Shown one piece after another: positions 51,502-61,124 of a stretch of 64,000 nucleotides of DNA (positions are counted from its first letter, which is position 1; every line of letters starts with the position of its first letter). Source of the stretch: Candidatus Poribacteria bacterium (lineage in GTDB: Bacteria > Poribacteria > WGA-4E > JAJDTR01). The notes beneath the pieces were generated by a model, which had not been told where the DNA came from, searched no databases, and saw nothing but the letters and a program-made list of their open reading frames with translations. The DNA lies in NCBI GenBank assembly GCA_965222225.1, contig CBDCTK010000002.1, forward strand, positions 5,536,001 through 5,600,000, given 5' to 3'. The translations under genes were made by a program, and so were the position numbers.

Positions 51502-52461
51502 ATGGACAACGACCCAATGATGATATTTGCTGGCAGCGGCAGCCAGCAACTCACCCAAAAAATCTGTCGGTATCTCCGTGTATCTACCGGGAAAAATGAG
51601 GTCATCCAATTCTCCGACGGAAACACGTTCGTCCGCGTCCTTGAGAACGTTCGAGGTCGGCACGTCTATATCGTCCAATCCACCATATTTCCCACGAACG
51701 ACAACTTCATGGAACTCCTCTTCTGGATCGATGCCCTGAAGCGTGCGAGCGCCGAGTCTGTGACGGCAGTGATTCCGTATCTTAGCTATGCGAAGGGAGA
51801 CAAGAAGGATGAACCGCGCGTCTCGATTCGGGCGCGAGTCTGTGCGGATGCGATTGAGGTGGCTGGCGCCGATCGCGTTGTGACGATGGATTTACACGCA
51901 GCTCAGATTCAGGGGTTCTTCCGGATTCCGGTCGACAATCTCTATGCTCAACGTGTGCTTTGCCAAGAGATTGAGGAGATGAATTTAAGGGATATTGTCA
52001 TCGTTGCACCGGACACTGGATTCGCAAAGGATGCGAGGCGCTATGCCTCCTATCTGCGCACGTCCGTCGCCATCGCGGACAAACGGCGCCCGGGACACAA
52101 CGAGAAGGCGGAAATCTTGGAGATTATCGGCGAAGTCAGCGGCAAAACAGCAGTGGTTGTCGACGATTTCACCATTTCCGGCGGGACGTTGGTGAATGTG
52201 TCAACGGAGTTAATGGATCGGGGTGCAAAGGAGGTCTATGCAGTCGTTTCTCATGGGGTGTTCGCCGAGCAGGCGGCGCAGAAGATTGATGATAGCCCTA
52301 TCACACGACTCCTCGCCACAGACACGGTCGAGAATCATCCGAATTCGCTGCCGAAAAAGATTCAGTTTGTCTCCGTTGCTCCCCTGTTTGGGGAGGCTAT
52401 TCGGCGCATCCACAATCGAGAAAGCATCAGCGCAATGTTCCCGGACAGCAACAATCTCTAA
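51502..52461 (+). CDS. prs: Ribose-phosphate pyrophosphokinase
   Basis: FSDG, VRG..VYIVQS, VIPYLSYA, MDLHAAQIQGFF, VVDDFTISGGTL, HGVF. Confidence 0.95.
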   Translation: MDNDPMMIFAGSGSQQLTQKICRYLRVSTGKNEVIQFSDGNTFVRVLENVRGRHVYIVQSTIFPTNDNFMELLFWIDALKRASAESVTAVIPYLSYAKGDKKDEPRVSIRARVCADAIEVAGADRVVTMDLHAAQIQGFFRIPVDNLYAQRVLCQEIEEMNLRDIVIVAPDTGFAKDARRYASYLRTSVAIADKRRPGHNEKAEILEIIGEVSGKTAVVVDDFTISGGTLVNVSTELMDRGAKEVYAVVSHGVFAEQAAQKIDDSPITRLLATDTVENHPNSLPKKIQFVSVAPLFGEAIRRIHNRESISAMFPDSNNL

Positions 52462-53762
52462 GCACGCGAGGTTGTGCGCATTTCAAACTCTTTCTCATCG
52501 GCGAAAACCATGAGATCGAAGAAGGTCTGGATGTCTGTGCGACTTGGATCGAGTTTGTTGATCAACTTGGTGAAGAACGCGCGATGCCTTTCGGTTTCCG
52601 GACGGTGATTTATCATCTCGCCATTGAAGGCAGCGATTTCGTCTGAAGTCTTCGGCGCTCGTGCCTGTACCCAATCTATTACATCGTTGTCACCGGGCAG
52701 GTGCTTGATAAGGTGGAGAAACTCCTGCGGGGTGACGCCGATAAACTGAAGTACCTGCCTATCGTGTCCGGAATCCTCGCCGTACCAGTAGTCGCCGATT
52801 GAGTCGGTGTCGAGCGCCTTGGCTTTGTCAAGTGTACGCGCCAAGCCAGCGATGCCCGCAACCTCCGTGTTGTACGGGCTGCGGGGCGCATGCCGAGCGA
52901 GATCGATGATGCCAAAAGCGCGTTCATCGTCAAGGTCTTGAAGTTCCGCCCATGTTGAAATGTCGGTACGATTCGGATCGACCTCACGGATTCGGGACTC
53001 TAGGTAAGCCTTCGCTTCCGCGTCCTCCGCCCCCCGATTCACCATAGCGTGATTAAAGTCATCAATTTTTTTCGGTTGGACGCGGCTCTGCTCCAACACC
53101 CATTCCCCCAATTCACAATCGTTGGGATTCTTGGCAGCCGCCTCCTGGAAGTCGTTCGCCGACACTTCTAGGAACTCCAATATGATGCGGTCCTGTCCGG
53201 AATCCTCCCCATATTGATATTTGCCGTTCTTTCCGGCTTGCACGGCGCGCGCTTTATCCGCCATTCGCGCGACCCCGAAGATTCCCGCTACGTCTTTTGA
53301 GCGTGGACTGCGAGGCGGTTTCTTCGTCAAATTCTTCTGCCAAAAATTCCCCCAATCGTCCAATTCGATCGACTGAAAAATGGTCTTGATGTCGGTTCTT
53401 CCCGGCGCGTATTTGGAAATGCGGTCTTTCACACGCTGCTTGTATTCCTCCGTCTCGGGTAGGCGTTCCAATTCGGTTTGATTGAATTGGTGGATTGCTT
53501 CTTGCGAAATACCGCTTCTCTCGACAATCCATTTGTTTAAGGACTGGTCATCATGCTCGTCCGCCGCTTCGGCGAACTCTTCGGCAGAGATGCCGAGAAG
53601 CGCCAGGATTTTACGGTCCAATCCTGAGTTTTCACCGTAAAGAAATTCCCCACGTGTCTCATCGTTGTGTGCTCTAGCTTTGTCAGTCATTCGTGCAGCC
53701 CCAACAATACCCCCAATGCCGAGGTTCGATGGGCGACGTGGCGGCTGTCGTGTCAGGTCCAT
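52458..53762 (-). CDS. Protein with three tandem DUF5069 domains
   Basis: Three repeats of DL...PPRSP....GI.G.AR..DKA.A...G..G.Y.YGE.SG.D...L.FLG. Confidence 0.85.
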   Translation of the reverse strand: MDLTRQPPRRPSNLGIGGIVGAARMTDKARAHNDETRGEFLYGENSGLDRKILALLGISAEEFAEAADEHDDQSLNKWIVERSGISQEAIHQFNQTELERLPETEEYKQRVKDRISKYAPGRTDIKTIFQSIELDDWGNFWQKNLTKKPPRSPRSKDVAGIFGVARMADKARAVQAGKNGKYQYGEDSGQDRIILEFLEVSANDFQEAAAKNPNDCELGEWVLEQSRVQPKKIDDFNHAMVNRGAEDAEAKAYLESRIREVDPNRTDISTWAELQDLDDERAFGIIDLARHAPRSPYNTEVAGIAGLARTLDKAKALDTDSIGDYWYGEDSGHDRQVLQFIGVTPQEFLHLIKHLPGDNDVIDWVQARAPKTSDEIAAFNGEMINHRPETERHRAFFTKLINKLDPSRTDIQTFFDLMVFADEKEFEMRTTSRA

Positions 53763-54213
53763 GAAGTGTTTTCCTTTCCATTTAGAGAGGTTGTTTTTTC
53801 AAGTACGAGTGAATTTGAAGACCTTGATTCTATAATACTCTGAAGACGGGAGTCGGTGCAAGAGAATAGGGAGTGTTACGGGGCAATCGCGTCTGTTTTG
53901 GGGTGTGAGGTTGGTTGCCAGTGCACACCCTACAAGAAGTGGTGCATAGATTTCATATTGTTATGATGGTCGCGGATTCTCTAGAATCAGGTGCGATTGC
54001 CCGGATGTTTTGGAGCGAATCTCTTGACGCCGTGTGGAGATAATGCTAGCATTGAGGTTTGCAGGTTTGTACAAATCTTTCAATTGAAAGACTTCCAATT
54101 GCCAACTCTCTTTAGAATTTGCACTCAAAACTAAAGCACCATGAAACTTGATTGTTGCTAGGTTCAAACTCGGACCGAATTGAAGTTGAACCAACAAAAT
54201 TAGGAGGCCTGGA

Positions 54214-54694
54214 ATAGCATATAGTAACGTACCCATTGGAACATCCAACCCCACCTGCTTTGTGACTTTGGTTGATCAATCCGCTTCAATGAGCGAATAT
54301 TGGGGCTCCGGCACTACGAAAGCAGAAGGGGCTACACGCGCCGTAAATCGTGTGATTGAGGAGCTTGTTTTGGCGTGTCGAGCGGGAGAAAATGTAAAGG
54401 CCCGATGTTACGTCTCTGTTATTGGCTACGGCGGCTTCGGCGAGCGGGTCGATTGCGTCGTTGATGGCATGATATCAGAGGTTGCTTCAGCACTTATTGC
54501 TGTCAAGAAAGTCAAGAAGCGCATCCTCAACGGGGCAGGAGGGGTTATTGAGGTTGACGTGGAATCCCAGCACTGGAAAGCACAAACGAACACTCACCGG
54601 CCATACGGGACAAGTGTTCGGCGTCACGTTTAGCCCAGATGGGACAACGCTTGCTAGCGCGAGTGCCGATAGAACCATCCGTCTGTGGCACTAG
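54214..54694 (+). pseudogene. TerY-like vWA N-terminus joined out of frame to a terminal WD40 repeat
   Basis: RBS AGGAGG, then ATA-AYSNVPIGTSNPTCFVTLVDQSASM (MIDAS DxSxS). After about 54560 another frame reads WNPSTGKHKRTLTGHTGQVFGVTFSPDGTTLASASADRTIRLWH*. Confidence 0.7.
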
Positions 54695-54845
54695 ACCCCT
54701 GACACATTTCTTGTATTGCTGAGTTCTTGTAAATAAAAAGATAGCCAAATACTTCCGTTGGATGCTGAGTAAATTCAGGTTCGTCCACGAAACATTCTCC
54801 TTTTTTGCTTCCGACTCTTCTTTGCGGAATAACTCTAATGACGGT

Positions 54846-56759
54846 TTAAGGTTGATTGAGCTCTTCAACTACCCTCCTGATTTCTTTTGCTATATCAGTA
54901 AAGGCTTCATCTTGATTCTCCCATTTCGTCACAGGTAGCACATTCTTAGGTAACGCCTGAAGTTTTCCAAATGGCGCTTCCTTCCAATCCACTGGGCGGA
55001 GAATTATGGGAATCACACGAGCGTCTCCAGCGGAGTGTCGTTTCAATGCTAGGTCCATCTCAACATCAGAACAATAATCAGATGCAATGAAGTCAGAACT
55101 GATAAGCAAAAGAATAATGTGCGCGGTTTTCAAATGTTCATGAATCTCCCCTTCCCATTCTCTACCACCCGTTATCTTCCGATAGTGCCAATCTTCAATG
55201 GCTCCCTGTCGTCTCAAAATAGAAAGATGGTTCTCAAGCTGTTCGCGTAGTCCCTCATCTTTATGGGAGTAGGAATAAAAGACCTCAATACCATTCGACT
55301 GTGATTTTGCACTCATCAGATATTCTCTCTTTGCAATCATTTGAAGGAAGGAATCCGGTTGCAATTGATTGTACGGATTATCATGTATCTCCCGCATTCT
55401 ACGGATTGCGTCTCCTATATGTTTACCATGACGATAGCATAGGTCCCAGATTTTCTCAATTTTTTCTTGATCGTTCGCACCGGGTACATAGTCAATGAAA
55501 CCAGCTAACTCACCAAGCATCTCGCGATAAAAGGTTTCAAGATTGAACGACGCGAATTTGTTGGCCAGACGTACATAATCAATAAGTGTTGTTCTAACTT
55601 TATCTTCTTTGATTTCATTCATGATGAAATCTGATGTGTAAATGCCATCTTCGTCTACATCATCTAATTTCGAACCATAGGCCGCAAATCTTCTGTCAAT
55701 ACATTGGGAACAACCTCCACAGTGCGTTGCTTGACCAAGATGCTGAAATGTCTGACTGCAGGATACAGTACTCGTTATCAGGTCTTTTCGACCTAGCTCG
55801 GCTAGGCGATTAAAGATGTCTGTTTTGGTTTTCCACAAGAAGGGAGTCGTAATCTTGATTTTCGAATCTTCAATTACCGAAAACAGATTTTCGAGAAGAA
55901 CAATTGTTCTTGGATGGGTTGTACGACTCGCTCTTGCATTAATTTGGTCTTGCCGTTTGGGAAAGTTAATTGAAGTAACTCCGTTTTCGTAGACAAAAAT
56001 CTCACGCTGTTGTAGGACACATGACAAAGCGTAGCCAATGGATGTGTATAAAAAAGCGCGGGTCCGCTGCGATTCCTCTTTGGCTCGAATCCTGCGTAAA
56101 CTGCAATGAAATTTATAGTGGCGAATTCGATTTGGATAGAATCTACATAATGCTTTAATTAACTGACGTTGCGTTTTTATGGTTTTCGGCTGCCCGGATT
56201 GGTGGCTAATCAACCAGAGTTGGTCGGAAGAGTGTTCAAGCTGCTCTACAACGCCGACCAGCGAATCCAGCCCGCCTGAATAGAGAATGACCTTAGTATT
56301 TGGCAGTGGTTCAATCACGCACGTTTCATCATCAAACAGACCCGTCTGGGGCGTGGAATGCCCGGGTTGGAAAGTAAAGTGATACGCTTTATCGCCTGAC
56401 ATGAACAACAGGGCTTCTTTGAGTTTTTCTTTAACTTCCGGCGTATTCCAGAAGTCATAATCTCGAACCTTTACTACAAAGTGAAATGACCGTGCCCAGC
56501 TATGGAACTCTAGGCTACTGTTGTGCCCACGAAAAATCCGTCGATCTGCGCAATAGACGTAAGCCGCAATCTCTAACAAATCAAGGATGCGCTTGGGAAG
56601 ATAAAATACGTCACGAATAAAATCGGGAAGTGCGAGTTTAACATTGGAATTTGGCGAAACTAATTCTCTATATTCGAGAATAATAGGTTCAATATTAGCC
56701 CATTGCTTAGGCAAATCCGCCCCGTTACATAATACAATTTGCGGAGAGGTGTTTTTCAT
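54846..56759 (-). CDS. QatC-like QueC-family (7-cyano-7-deazaguanine synthase-like) protein fused to a C-terminal TIR domain
   Basis: PP-loop SGGLDS, ESQRTRAFLY, ENGVTSIN, RTTHP, PFLWKTK, SC...HCGGCSQCIDRR. TIR from about 55290 to the end: VFYSYSHKD...LLLISSDFIASDYCSDVE...VIPIIL. Confidence 0.88.
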   Translation of the reverse strand: MKNTSPQIVLCNGADLPKQWANIEPIILEYRELVSPNSNVKLALPDFIRDVFYLPKRILDLLEIAAYVYCADRRIFRGHNSSLEFHSWARSFHFVVKVRDYDFWNTPEVKEKLKEALLFMSGDKAYHFTFQPGHSTPQTGLFDDETCVIEPLPNTKVILYSGGLDSLVGVVEQLEHSSDQLWLISHQSGQPKTIKTQRQLIKALCRFYPNRIRHYKFHCSLRRIRAKEESQRTRAFLYTSIGYALSCVLQQREIFVYENGVTSINFPKRQDQINARASRTTHPRTIVLLENLFSVIEDSKIKITTPFLWKTKTDIFNRLAELGRKDLITSTVSCSQTFQHLGQATHCGGCSQCIDRRFAAYGSKLDDVDEDGIYTSDFIMNEIKEDKVRTTLIDYVRLANKFASFNLETFYREMLGELAGFIDYVPGANDQEKIEKIWDLCYRHGKHIGDAIRRMREIHDNPYNQLQPDSFLQMIAKREYLMSAKSQSNGIEVFYSYSHKDEGLREQLENHLSILRRQGAIEDWHYRKITGGREWEGEIHEHLKTAHIILLLISSDFIASDYCSDVEMDLALKRHSAGDARVIPIILRPVDWKEAPFGKLQALPKNVLPVTKWENQDEAFTDIAKEIRRVVEELNQP

Positions 56760-57541
56760 TCCTTATCTCCCTCTCGCTGTAACGCATCACGCATCTTCCC
56801 AAGGGCAATATGTAGAAAGCCTTTAACTGACTTTTGGCTGGGGGCCCCATCTCGTGCGTTTTTGTTAAACCAACCTGCTGCAAAAGACTGCGTAATCTTC
56901 GATGTTTCAAAAGCATGTCGGGAAATCGTATTGACATGGTCTTCTAGGTGCTGACCGAACTCAATTCGATCATCAATGCTTCGTAAAGCCGCCGAAGCTT
57001 CTCTAGCGAGAAAATATTCTAAGTACCGCTGTGTAAACTTAGCGAAAAAAAGACGAGACAACTCACAGAATCCAGCACCATCTCCGGCTTTGCGCCATAC
57101 TTCAAACGGATCTTCGACCGAATTGAAAAGATTCCCCATTGTTGGTTGATTTTGGTCGTACCAACCGGATATGGCATCGCCTGCAGCCTTCTGCGCAATC
57201 TCCCCGTATTCAAACGAATCCATTTTGGGGTCAACATACTCACTAACCGCTTTTGCAAAGGCAAGTGGTGTTGGATTATCGGGTAACTCGACCCCAGTTT
57301 CTGAAAGCGACATTTGGGGGTTATTTTCACGAGAGGCAACGGCCAGATTAACTAAGAATTGGAACGTACTCAATAGGCCATCATCCTGCGCGAGGTGGCG
57401 AAACCGATCTCGTACGTTATGAATTGTCTTTTGAGCAATATCCGCAACTTCAGCCTCAGATACACTCATTCCTGCGATCTGGTCAACAATATCTCTCCAT
57501 TTTTCCGATGTAGGAAGAATTCCTATTCGTTCATGTCCCAT
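56756..57541 (-). CDS. Hypothetical helical protein, QatB-like partner of the QueC-TIR protein
   Basis: 261 aa starting MGHERIG; its stop overlaps the QueC-TIR start (ATGA at 56756-56759). The QatB analogy is positional inference. Confidence 0.7.
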   Translation of the reverse strand: MGHERIGILPTSEKWRDIVDQIAGMSVSEAEVADIAQKTIHNVRDRFRHLAQDDGLLSTFQFLVNLAVASRENNPQMSLSETGVELPDNPTPLAFAKAVSEYVDPKMDSFEYGEIAQKAAGDAISGWYDQNQPTMGNLFNSVEDPFEVWRKAGDGAGFCELSRLFFAKFTQRYLEYFLAREASAALRSIDDRIEFGQHLEDHVNTISRHAFETSKITQSFAAGWFNKNARDGAPSQKSVKGFLHIALGKMRDALQREGDKE

Positions 57542-57898
57542 CGTTTGATTCCTGTAGTTAGGGCGATTCCGTTATGTATATTATAATAGATGATTCCGAT
57601 TGCTTTTAAGTGTAACGGTCGCACACAATGGCGTAGAAGGGGAAACGTCATTGCTTGCGAACTCAATGGGTGCATTCAATGCGCGGAACAACCCCTCAAT
57701 GATTTCACTATCAGAGTATAGTGGTGAAACCATAACGCTGTCAATCAATTTGACGTAACATCGTCGGTAATCAACCATCAATCAACGATGATGCCCAATT
57801 CGTAATAGACCACAGATCTTTCTCATGCTAGTATAGAATCAGCCATGGTAGCTGTCTACACTCGCGGAGTCGGACGCCGAACATTTCTTCCGTTGAGT

Positions 57899-57928
57899 TT
57901 GCAATAACTGCCTAAATTATGCTATAAT
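57899..57928 (+). promoter_or_regulatory. Extended -10 sigma-70 promoter of smpB
   Basis: TTGCAA-N18 and TGcTATAAT, ending 6 nt before the ATG. Confidence 0.65.
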
Positions 57929-57934
57929 CTTTGC

Positions 57935-58396
57935 ATGAAGAAAGCCTCTGCTAACGATTCCGCAAAAGTTATAACCGTCAATCGGAAAGCGCGGTACGAC
58001 TACCACTTGCATGACCGCTATGAAGCTGGAATAGCGCTGCAAGGGACAGAGGTCAAGTCGATACGCGCGGGAAGATTGAATTTAGCAGATAGTTATGCGC
58101 GCATCCGCGATGGTGAGGTTTTCCTATTTGACGCTCATATTAGCCCCTATGAACAGGGCAACAGCGAGAACCATGAGCCGAAGCGGCAGCGCAAGTTACT
58201 GCTGCATCGCCGTGAGATTAGGAAGATTGAAAGTAAGATTCGGTCGGCAGGTATGACGGTTGTGCCGACAAGAGCGTATTTCAATAACGGCAAAGTAAAA
58301 CTTGAAATCGCAATCGCATCTAGCAAACACTCTTACGATAAGCGTGATGTCATTGAAAGAGAGGAAGCGCGTCGCGCTATCCGTTCTCATCTCTAA
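57935..58396 (+). CDS. smpB: SsrA-binding protein
   Basis: NRKARYDY, EAGIALQGTEVKSIR, RKLLLHRREI, YDKR. Confidence 0.98.
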   Translation: MKKASANDSAKVITVNRKARYDYHLHDRYEAGIALQGTEVKSIRAGRLNLADSYARIRDGEVFLFDAHISPYEQGNSENHEPKRQRKLLLHRREIRKIESKIRSAGMTVVPTRAYFNNGKVKLEIAIASSKHSYDKRDVIEREEARRAIRSHL

Positions 58397-58460
58397 ATGA
58401 CAAAGTGTTCAGCCCGTGCGCCCGCATGGACAAACGTCAGTCTATCATTAAGAACAAATT

Positions 58461-58814
58461 GGGGGTGAAAAGGTTTCGACGTGAGTCAATGAGATAAGAG
58501 TTGCATGCCGAGGTTTCCGCAGGCCTCGTTAAACAGGCGGAAAAAACTTAACTGCTGATTACGAACAGTTAGCTCTAGCTGCTTAAAGCAGCTACGCTCG
58601 GCTAGCTTGCGGCCCGTCGAGTTAGTCGAGCGCCAAACAACGGGCTCGGCAGCTTGTTTGTTCTTAAGGGACAAGTTGCGAGAAAATACTTGAGATAGCC
58701 TGCACGAATCTTGCATAAGGGAGTCGTTACGGTGAAGCACCAAAACTTATGCTAAGCATGTAGTAGCTTTTATTGAACTGCTCTCGGACACGGGTTCGAT
58801 TCCCGTCACCTCCA
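58461..58814 (+). ncRNA. ssrA: tmRNA, tag peptide ADYEQLALAA*
   Basis: 5' GGGGGTG pairs with 3' CACCTCC-A; T-arm GGTTCGATTCC; tag ORF gct gat tac gaa cag tta gct cta gct gct taa at 58554-58586; follows smpB. CCA is not encoded (reads TCA). Confidence 0.95.
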
Positions 58815-58842
58815 TCAGATTTTTGGATCCAATCCCACCACG

Positions 58843-58885
58843 AGGTGCAATTGTCGATTGACACGGTTGACGATTGCACCTTTTT
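58843..58885 (+). terminator. Intrinsic terminator after ssrA
   Basis: AGGTGCAATTGTCGATTG / CGGTTGACGATTGCACCT stem (with G-U pairs) followed by a T run. Confidence 0.75.
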
Positions 58886-59020
58886 CGTAATTACTCTTCA
58901 AATCTAGTATTCGCGTATCACCTGCCTGACTAAACGACCTACCAATAAACGGCAATATTCTTGTAGCTTCCAACTCGTCTATACGACGGATTCACATCAT
59001 ATAGCAAGGAGAGACCGAAA

Positions 59021-59692
59021 GTGCAAACACTAGACAGAGCAAAACTGATAGTAAGAGCTCAAGTCAGCGATCTGCTGACAAAGTTGGAGGACGGGCAAAA
59101 AACTCGGCAACTGGTGCTGGAGGAGGTGCGCGACGATATCCGGGGGATAAAGTCACTCGTCGTCAACGCCATTGCTGGTCTTAAACTGATTGAGCGCCAA
59201 ATTGAAGAAACTGATGCCGAAGCGGAAAAATGGGATGCTAGGGCAGCAATTGCCTTGGAAAAATCCGAAGAGGATTTGGCTCGTCGTGCGCTTGCCCGTA
59301 AGAATGAGCTAACACGAAAAGTGGAACGCTATCGCGAGCAGCTTACTGCGCAACGGGCTACTATTGATACACTTAAATCAAGTCTGAAATCACTGGAATC
59401 AAAATTAGAGGAAATGCGTTTCGACGCGGCGCGAATGGATGTCCAAGAGAAGCTATCCCGACGATCTGCGCTCGGAACGACCTCTGCGAGCGATTATGTC
59501 ATTGGTGACAGCGCCTTTGACGCTTATGATCGTATGGTTGAACAGGTGCGAGACTTAGAAGCACATGTCGAGGCGTTCGATGAATTGATGCAAGGCGATA
59601 AACTGGAACAGGAGTTCCATGCATTGGAACGTAAGAATGAGGTCGATAAGGATTTAGCGGCTCTAAAGTCCAAACTCTCGGCGGGCGAGTAA
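59021..59692 (+). CDS. pspA: PspA/IM30 family protein (divergent paralogue)
   Basis: L.KLED, W...A.IAL....EDLARRALARK, AFDAYDRM.E.V..LEA, LEQEF..LE, L.ALK.KL. Confidence 0.88.
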   Translation: MQTLDRAKLIVRAQVSDLLTKLEDGQKTRQLVLEEVRDDIRGIKSLVVNAIAGLKLIERQIEETDAEAEKWDARAAIALEKSEEDLARRALARKNELTRKVERYREQLTAQRATIDTLKSSLKSLESKLEEMRFDAARMDVQEKLSRRSALGTTSASDYVIGDSAFDAYDRMVEQVRDLEAHVEAFDELMQGDKLEQEFHALERKNEVDKDLAALKSKLSAGE

Positions 59693-59755
59693 TTCACGGC
59701 TGCAGTAGGAGTACCGGGTAGAGAAATGTACTATTGACATCAAACCAGATTTTTG

Positions 59756-59784
59756 TTGAAATTCCATCCCAGTCGCGTTACAAT
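59756..59784 (+). promoter_or_regulatory. Sigma-70 promoter
   Basis: TTGAAA-N17-TACAAT upstream of 59898. Confidence 0.5.
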
Positions 59785-59897
59785 TCAACGCAGTTTCGGG
59801 TTACCAGTAAGGTAGTCGTAAAATCTTGCGCGACAACTCGTCTGATTGTAAACTCAGTCGGGTTTAATTCTATCAGGGAATTACAAGGAGAGTAACC

Positions 59898-60386
59898 ATG
59901 GTTGAAGTCGACGTAGCATTCATCTCTTTTGACCAGCATGTGGGCACGCCAATTGTCGTGCTGAAGGATAAAGCAGCCGAAGCCAAGCGGATGTTGCTCA
60001 TTTGGATCGGTTCACCGGAAGCCGCCGCCATTCAGTCAAAAATCAAGGGCGAGGAGGCTACGCGCCCGATGACACACGATTTGATGAAGAATCTAATTGA
60101 AAATCTTCAGGGGGAGATAGCTTCTGTCTGTGTCCACTCCGTGGAAGACGGAACCTATTTCGGGCAAGTTACGCTTCATGTGGATGGACAGACGATTGAT
60201 ATTGATGCCCGTCCAAGCGATGCCATCGCGCTTGCATTGCGGTTTGAAGCCCCAATCTACGTTGCCGAGGAGGTCATTGAAGAGCATGGCCTCTCCGAGG
60301 ACGATTTGAAAGAGGCGCAACAGGAGCAGACGAAGAGTGTTTTAGAAAACTTAGATGATGAGACGTTGGGCGAGTTTACAGTCTAA
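59898..60386 (+). CDS. Bifunctional nuclease family protein (DUF151)
   Basis: PIVVLK, IWIG..EA.AI, RPMTHDL, IDARPSDAIALALR..APIYV. Confidence 0.92.
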   Translation: MVEVDVAFISFDQHVGTPIVVLKDKAAEAKRMLLIWIGSPEAAAIQSKIKGEEATRPMTHDLMKNLIENLQGEIASVCVHSVEDGTYFGQVTLHVDGQTIDIDARPSDAIALALRFEAPIYVAEEVIEEHGLSEDDLKEAQQEQTKSVLENLDDETLGEFTV

Positions 60387-60413
60387 CTACCAAATCCGAG
60401 AGAGTAACCACCC

Positions 60414-61073
60414 ATGCCAATCTTTGAAAAAATCAGTCGAATTCTCAAATCAAATATCAATGATCTACTAGATCGGGTCGAGGACCCGGAAAAGATCTTG
60501 AATCAGTTGCTTGAGGATATGCGTCATGAGTTCAAAGAAGCAAAAGTGCAGGTGGTTGCGGCAATCCGCGATGGGAATCGGCTTGAAGCTCAATACAAGG
60601 AGAATCTGGAAAGCGCCGAGAATTGGGAAAAGCGAGCTATCGTGTTCATTGAGAATGGCGATGATGTACGCGCGAAAGAAGCGCTGCGCCGCAAGAAATC
60701 CTTTAGTGAATCGGCTGATAATTACCGAGATCAACTTGAATCCCAGCGGGAAAGTATTGCTGTTCTCAAGGACGGGTTGGCAACGTTGCAGGAGAAGATT
60801 GAGGAAGCAGAGCAGAAACGCGCCATTCTGATTGCCCGCGCGAAGCGAGCAGAGGCCGAAAAAAACATCCAAGAAACAGTAGCAGGCATCGCGGAATCAA
60901 GTGCAGCCGATGCCTTCGATCGGATTCAGGACCGCGTGGCTGAAACCGAAGCACACGCCGAGGCGTATCGCGAATTGCGGAATCTTGGCGCGGATGATTC
61001 TGTTTTTGAACCAAATCCGAACGACGAAATTGAGGATGAACTCGCCAAACTGAAAGCGAAGCTGAAAAAGTAG
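60414..61073 (+). CDS. pspA: PspA/IM30 family protein
   Basis: IF.KISRILKSNINDLLDRVEDPEKIL.Q...DM, W..RA, AKEAL.RK, AFDRI, DELAKLKAKL. Confidence 0.93.
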   Translation: MPIFEKISRILKSNINDLLDRVEDPEKILNQLLEDMRHEFKEAKVQVVAAIRDGNRLEAQYKENLESAENWEKRAIVFIENGDDVRAKEALRRKKSFSESADNYRDQLESQRESIAVLKDGLATLQEKIEEAEQKRAILIARAKRAEAEKNIQETVAGIAESSAADAFDRIQDRVAETEAHAEAYRELRNLGADDSVFEPNPNDEIEDELAKLKAKLKK

Positions 61074-61124
61074 ACCGCTGCCGTAGAGTCCGTTTTAATC
61101 CGGATTTGGTTTAAGGATTCGACA

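Noticed and set aside
53961-54254. 97-aa minus-strand ORF
   Set aside because: No motif, and it overlaps the RBS and start of the vWA remnant on the other strand.
54846-56759. Housekeeping queC for queuosine synthesis
   Set aside because: Far longer than canonical QueC, with QatC-type motifs, a TIR fusion and no neighbouring que genes.
57581-57781. 66-aa ORF as a third gene of the QueC-TIR operon
   Set aside because: Short, with no clear RBS or domain; at most a gene remnant.
58486-58743. 85-aa ORF
   Set aside because: Antisense to the tmRNA.
54200-58814. Island integrated at the tmRNA att site
   Set aside because: The accessory genes lie on the 5' side of smpB-ssrA; I saw no duplicated ssrA 3' end and no integrase.
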